Below, one piece after another: positions 59,382 through 64,000 of a DNA stretch of 64,000 nucleotides. This stretch comes from Lytechinus pictus (lineage: Eukaryota). The DNA lies in assembly GCF_037042905.1 (NCBI RefSeq), contig NC_087252.1, positions 7,070,001 to 7,134,000 of the forward strand. The letters run 5' to 3'. The position numbers and the translations under genes are program-made. The notes below the pieces were generated by a model. That model did no database searches, had not been told where the DNA came from, and worked only from the letters and a program-made list of their open reading frames with translations. How positions within the stretch are numbered: the first letter of the stretch is position 1; every line of letters begins with the position of its first letter.

Positions 59382-62300
59382 TTAAACTAACAAGGAGGTA
59401 CAGACTTGTAAATTTGAAGGAAGTGCATTAAATAATTTGGGTCCGACATATGCGAAAGATTTTCTTTTATGTTCAATTCTAGCTTTGGGAAGCTGAAGGG
59501 GGCATCGTAAAGAATACCGTGTCCCGTATTTCACGGGCCGTTTACATACTAAAGGTTTTAAATAATTTGGAACTAAATCATTCATTATTTTATATACAAG
59601 AACACAATACTGATATTTTATACGCTGATCTACTGATTGCCACTTCAGTGACTGCAACAAAGAAATTTGTGATGTATTATAATCTTTTTTCAAAAGCATT
59701 CTGGCATATTTATTTTGAAGTTTTTGTATCTTATCTAAATGTATTTTTGCACTGCTTCCCCAAGATGTAATACAGTAATCAATGTAAGGTAAAATCATAG
59801 AAAAGTACAGCTTCTTCATAATATCAAAGGAGAGTAAGTGCTTAATCCGCCTTACACAACCTATTGCCCGAGATATTTTACAAACGATATTAGTAATATG
59901 TTCGCACCAAGTCAAGCCCGGATCGAGCATGACACCTAAGTATTTAATCTTTTTTACATTTTCTAATTGTATGTTCCTGAATTTCACTGACAAGTGAGCA
60001 CCCCTCAACTTTTTCTTTTGACCAAATACCATGGCTTTTGTTTTTTGCGCGTGTAAATGCATATTATTTAAGTCTAGCCATTTACTTATTGAATCAAAAT
60101 CATCTTGCAAATACTTTTGTACCTCCTTAATTGATTCACCGTGATTAAAAATGGCGGTATCATCAGCATAAAGAGACATTTTAGAATTTACATGCAATTT
60201 CAAATTACACATGTCATTAATAAAAATACAAAATATCAATGGACCCAGTATAGATCCTTGTGGGACACCTGATTTTATCTTCAGAAATTCACTGCGACAA
60301 CTGTTAATCATTACAAATTGCCTTCTGTCTGTTAAATACGGTTCCATCCAGTTGTATTCATTGCCAGTAATACCATAGTACTTAAGTTTTGCAAGTATAA
60401 AATTGTGAGGAATAACATCAAAAGCTTTGCGTAAGTCCAAGAAAATACTACCAGTAACATCTTTTCGGTCCATTTTATCATACAAAAAGTCTGTAATCTC
60501 AGTTAGACAAGTGGCAGTAGAATAAGACGGTCTGAAGCCAGACTGACAATTTGCAAGTAGATCATTTACATTTAAGTACTTATACAATTGATCATGTATT
60601 GCTCTCTCTAGTATTTTGGACAGGACTGGAAGCACAGAAATTGGTCTATAATTGTCAATATCAAATGATCCTCCCTTATGTACAGGAGTAATTCTTGCTG
60701 TTTTAAAATCTTCTGGAATAACACTAGTTTGTAAAGTTGCATTAAATAAATGGGTTAAAGGGCCAGCTATACTTTCTGCTGCCAGCTTAAGAAACTTAGG
60801 GTGAAAGCCATCTACTCCGACCGCTTTCGAACAATCAATATGTAATAGTTCTTTCAAAACGTACTCCTTTTTTATTGCATAAAATTTAAATTCACAATCT
60901 GGAATAAACAGAGTTTGTAAATTGTTTAATAAATCTTTCGAGAAGTTACCCGAAGCGGCTTGCAACCTTGAGCCGACTTCATTAAAGGCTTTGTTTAGAA
61001 CGTGAGCTATTTCATTGTTAGGTATTTGATCATCATCAATTGTTAATTTAACATCATGACTCGTGGTTTTATTTTTCTTAGGTATAAGCTTCGATAAAAT
61101 GTTCCAGTTCTTTTTTATGTCATTTTCGCAGTCCTTAAATTTGTCCTGATAATACTTCTTTTTCAAATTTTTAATCAAGTTATTAGCTCTGTTACGGAAA
61201 AACTGAAATTTATTCCACCAATAAATTAATCTTGTTTTTCTAAATTGCTTTCTATAATAATCCCTTTCGCGTGTTAACACCAAAAAATCATCATTTATCC
61301 AAGGTACCCCTCTTTGTTTTTGCCGCACTGATATCACGGGGGCATGCCTGTCACAAATGTCCAGGAGTGTGTTTTTAAAGTAGTGCCACAATTTTTCAAC
61401 GTCAGTCCCACAGGAATAAAACTCATGCCAATCAACTTTCCTTACATCATCTTTAAATTTCTCACTGTCAAAGTACTTGAATGAACGACAATTAGTTATT
61501 TTCGGAGAAAGGGATTGATGTTTCCCTTTAATTGCAGTAAAAATCACCGAGTGATCACTAAGTCCAGCTGACTGCACTCCTGACTTAATAATATTGTCAA
61601 CAAGTGCATCAGAAATACATACCAAATCGATTACTGACTGGCTATGTGGTGAAATTCTAGTGGGTTCAGATATAACCTGTGTCATTTGCATTGTAGTAAG
61701 GAGACTGGAAACTTTTCTAGAAAGATTATTTATGGTTTGCATATTACAGTTAAAATCACCAAGAAGGATGACGTTGTTTGTAACTGTATACAATTTCTCA
61801 AGATTACTTTCAAGACTGTCAAAAAAATCTAAATGATTATCCGGTTTTCTATACAATATACCAATAAATAATGAGCTACTATTGCTACGTTGCAACTCCA
61901 ACCAAATTATTTCTAAGGCAACAGATTCAAGATCCAATCTCCTTATATACGATAAATTTTCTGATATAAAACATCCCACTCCACCTCCATGAGTACATCT
62001 ATCCTTCCTCTCAAACTTATAACCTTTAACAGAAATCAAGCTATCAGAATGTTCTTTTGTTAACCATGTTTCTGACACTCCTAGTAGATCATAAGGGTTA
62101 TTATTCAGCCAACATTGTAAATCAGCAACTTTATTAACAATGCTTCTGACATTAAGATGAGCTAATTTTATACCTTTAATATCTTTTAGAGCAAAATCAT
62201 TAGTTTCGGTTGACCTATCATCATGTGCGTCGACAGAAATATTATTACGGTTATACACGACTTCAGTAGATAGATCAGGATCATTCCAAAAAGGTAATAC

Positions 62301-62477
62301 ACTTTGGAGAATACATTTCGGGCACTGCCAATTTTCAAACAGTTCATCTGAATCATAGGTCTCTCTTGAGACCCCGCCACAAACTATATGTACCCGCTGT
62401 GAACATACAGTGCATAACAAAGCCTTTTGATTTATTTTAACAGATTTATTACAAATTGAACATGGGTATTTAATCAT
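59382..62477 (-). CDS. LINE ORF2: PHD finger + APE endonuclease + reverse transcriptase
   Basis: 1031 aa; CSIC..CTVC..HIVC..WQCPKC; HLNVRSI, SETWL, GDFN, SDH; NYRPISVLP, LDLRKAFD, GVPQGSILGP, YADD. Confidence 0.95.
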   Translation of the reverse strand: MIKYPCSICNKSVKINQKALLCTVCSQRVHIVCGGVSRETYDSDELFENWQCPKCILQSVLPFWNDPDLSTEVVYNRNNISVDAHDDRSTETNDFALKDIKGIKLAHLNVRSIVNKVADLQCWLNNNPYDLLGVSETWLTKEHSDSLISVKGYKFERKDRCTHGGGVGCFISENLSYIRRLDLESVALEIIWLELQRSNSSSLFIGILYRKPDNHLDFFDSLESNLEKLYTVTNNVILLGDFNCNMQTINNLSRKVSSLLTTMQMTQVISEPTRISPHSQSVIDLVCISDALVDNIIKSGVQSAGLSDHSVIFTAIKGKHQSLSPKITNCRSFKYFDSEKFKDDVRKVDWHEFYSCGTDVEKLWHYFKNTLLDICDRHAPVISVRQKQRGVPWINDDFLVLTRERDYYRKQFRKTRLIYWWNKFQFFRNRANNLIKNLKKKYYQDKFKDCENDIKKNWNILSKLIPKKNKTTSHDVKLTIDDDQIPNNEIAHVLNKAFNEVGSRLQAASGNFSKDLLNNLQTLFIPDCEFKFYAIKKEYVLKELLHIDCSKAVGVDGFHPKFLKLAAESIAGPLTHLFNATLQTSVIPEDFKTARITPVHKGGSFDIDNYRPISVLPVLSKILERAIHDQLYKYLNVNDLLANCQSGFRPSYSTATCLTEITDFLYDKMDRKDVTGSIFLDLRKAFDVIPHNFILAKLKYYGITGNEYNWMEPYLTDRRQFVMINSCRSEFLKIKSGVPQGSILGPLIFCIFINDMCNLKLHVNSKMSLYADDTAIFNHGESIKEVQKYLQDDFDSISKWLDLNNMHLHAQKTKAMVFGQKKKLRGAHLSVKFRNIQLENVKKIKYLGVMLDPGLTWCEHITNIVCKISRAIGCVRRIKHLLSFDIMKKLYFSMILPYIDYCITSWGSSAKIHLDKIQKLQNKYARMLLKKDYNTSQISLLQSLKWQSVDQRIKYQYCVLVYKIMNDLVPNYLKPLVCKRPVKYGTRYSLRCPLQLPKARIEHKRKSFAYVGPKLFNALPSNLQVCTSLLV

Positions 62478-62847
62478 TAAATCTTATGTTGAAATTAGGT
62501 TGAGATTTTACTTCCTCCACTCTAAGCAATTTATATACATTAATCATTTTAATTATCAAATATATATACATGAAAAACCCGAATATGTGCAAAATAGCAA
62601 CAGCAACAATAACAATAAAATGTAAATTGTCACACTTCAAAACAAGTGAAAAGTATTACGTGTAAGTAATAAATGTAATTTTATACAAATATTCAATAAA
62701 ATAAGAACCAAGTTCTAGTGATTAACGTTATTAAAAACAAATCGTATATTTAATAGTGCAATTTAAAAGCAAATAGTAAACAGGAACGCCTGTGTGCTCA
62801 AGCGGACCAAGTATTACAGTTCAGTGAATTTGATTGATATTGTTGTC

Positions 62848-63340
62848 TCATTCCTTCAATTGATCAAGTTTTCCGAGGTCCTTTACACTTGAAAGAGCAA
62901 CTCTTTTCCCACTCTTATTCATCGCTGTTACTCTTCCGACTTGAGTCCAGACTTTGTGGACTTGCGGGAGGTTTCCCTTCTTTACTTGCCAGAACAGCTG
63001 AGATCGCTTCCGTGTTAGATTTTCATTGATGTAAATTGAAAGGCCTTCAGCTTAGCCCTAGATGCGTATACAGCCTCTCTTGCCCTGTAGTTGGAAAATT
63101 TGATGATGATATTCCGAGGCTTACGACTACGAGGATCCTTCTGCTTGTTCTCAAGCGCAGCATGGCTGGAAAGGCGGTGAGAACGATCGATGTCCTCTTG
63201 TTTCACTGTAACACCCAGATTCCTCTGGCACACCTCTATGATCTTGGCATCAGTATCTTCGTTTGCAGATTCAGCAATACCACTGAAAATCAGGCAATTG
63301 CGGCGTGAATACTGCTCCGCCTCATCAGCTGCAGCTTCTA
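62848..63340 (-). pseudogene. LINE ORF1 C-terminal half (RRM-type)
   Basis: EQYSRRNCLIFSGI..E.EDT..DIDRSHRL..PRNIIIKF, then after a frameshift YINENLT..RSQLF..VWT. Confidence 0.85.
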
Positions 63341-63344
63341 GAAA

Positions 63345-63597
63345 GACATTTATGTACCATTTTTACGAGGCCGCCATCATATTCAAGCTTAACCGCTCAC
63401 GATGGCGGTCTCCTGCATTCGTTTGAACTGATATTTTCTTTTAATTGAATAATGCTTCTTGGTGATATTTATTTGTCATTGCTTTATTATGAGTATTGTT
63501 TTATTGTTTTGTAAAACTTAAATATGTATCACCTTTGTAGATGTTATGTTGTATATTTATCTTGAATGCAGAAATATGATAAAATAAATCAGTCAAC
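63345..63597 (+). mobile_element. Probable LINE 3' UTR fragment
   Basis: Hairpin GAGGCCGCCATC...CAAGCT...GATGGCGGTCTC, like the one at ~57231-57272, followed by AT-rich sequence and AATAAA. Confidence 0.45.
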
Positions 63598-64000
63598 GTA
63601 CTATGAAAATGAAATATGAGTAAACACAAAAGTGAGCTCCTTTTTCAAAATATTTAGCTTTACATAATCATGATAATGGCAATAGGTAGCAGCGATCATC
63701 TTTCTGTGATCTTAAAGTATTACTGTTCGCATCATTTTATGGTATTGAAAAATAAATGTGAATATATCACTTGTAACACACATTAAGTGGTATAAGAAAG
63801 ATATGATATTTTCAATCTTACATGTGTTTTTTCTAAAATCATTTCCATACTCTTCAGGATGTGATCAAAGTTACTCCGATCTTGGGGTTCCTTGTCCCAG
63901 CAACCAGCCATAACCGCATACATTTGAAATAAATTAAATATGATGTTTAAAAAAAAAGATTACATAAGCGTTTAAGGAAGTATATATAAAATTAATTTCA

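Larger units (their letters stand above)
59081..63340 (-). mobile_element. CR1/L2-group LINE, 5'-truncated within ORF1
   Basis: ORF1 remnant, spacer, intact ORF2, 3' UTR hairpin at 59126-59179, (TAAA)n tail. Confidence 0.9.

Overview
AT-rich eukaryotic (metazoan) DNA made almost entirely of nested transposable elements. The repeat repertoire suggests a marine invertebrate such as a sea urchin (inference). I found no convincing host gene, rRNA, CRISPR array or prokaryotic operon. Main content: (1) a young 12.8-kb Ty3/Gypsy LTR element (6291-19046, +) with atypical RT (HHDD) and integrase (D-34-E) motifs, whose pol is split by a 4-kb almost fully palindromic foldback insertion; (2) a degenerate L1/Tx1-type LINE (-) interrupted by a 1-kb insert ending in a minimal hammerhead-like motif; (3) a complete CsRn1-clade Gypsy element (35399-40965, -) with a tRNA-Trp PBS and one nonsense codon; (4) an internally deleted hAT transposon (42985-51695) hosting several nested elements; (5) a Harbinger-like TIR element containing a CTAG-rich tract, an X-box-like tandem array and a LINE fragment; (6) a near-complete PHD-EN-RT CR1/L2-group LINE (-); plus MITEs, a SINE fragment and a tRNA-like unit inside inverted repeats. 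All boundaries were read by eye and family assignments are motif-based; no database searches were run.
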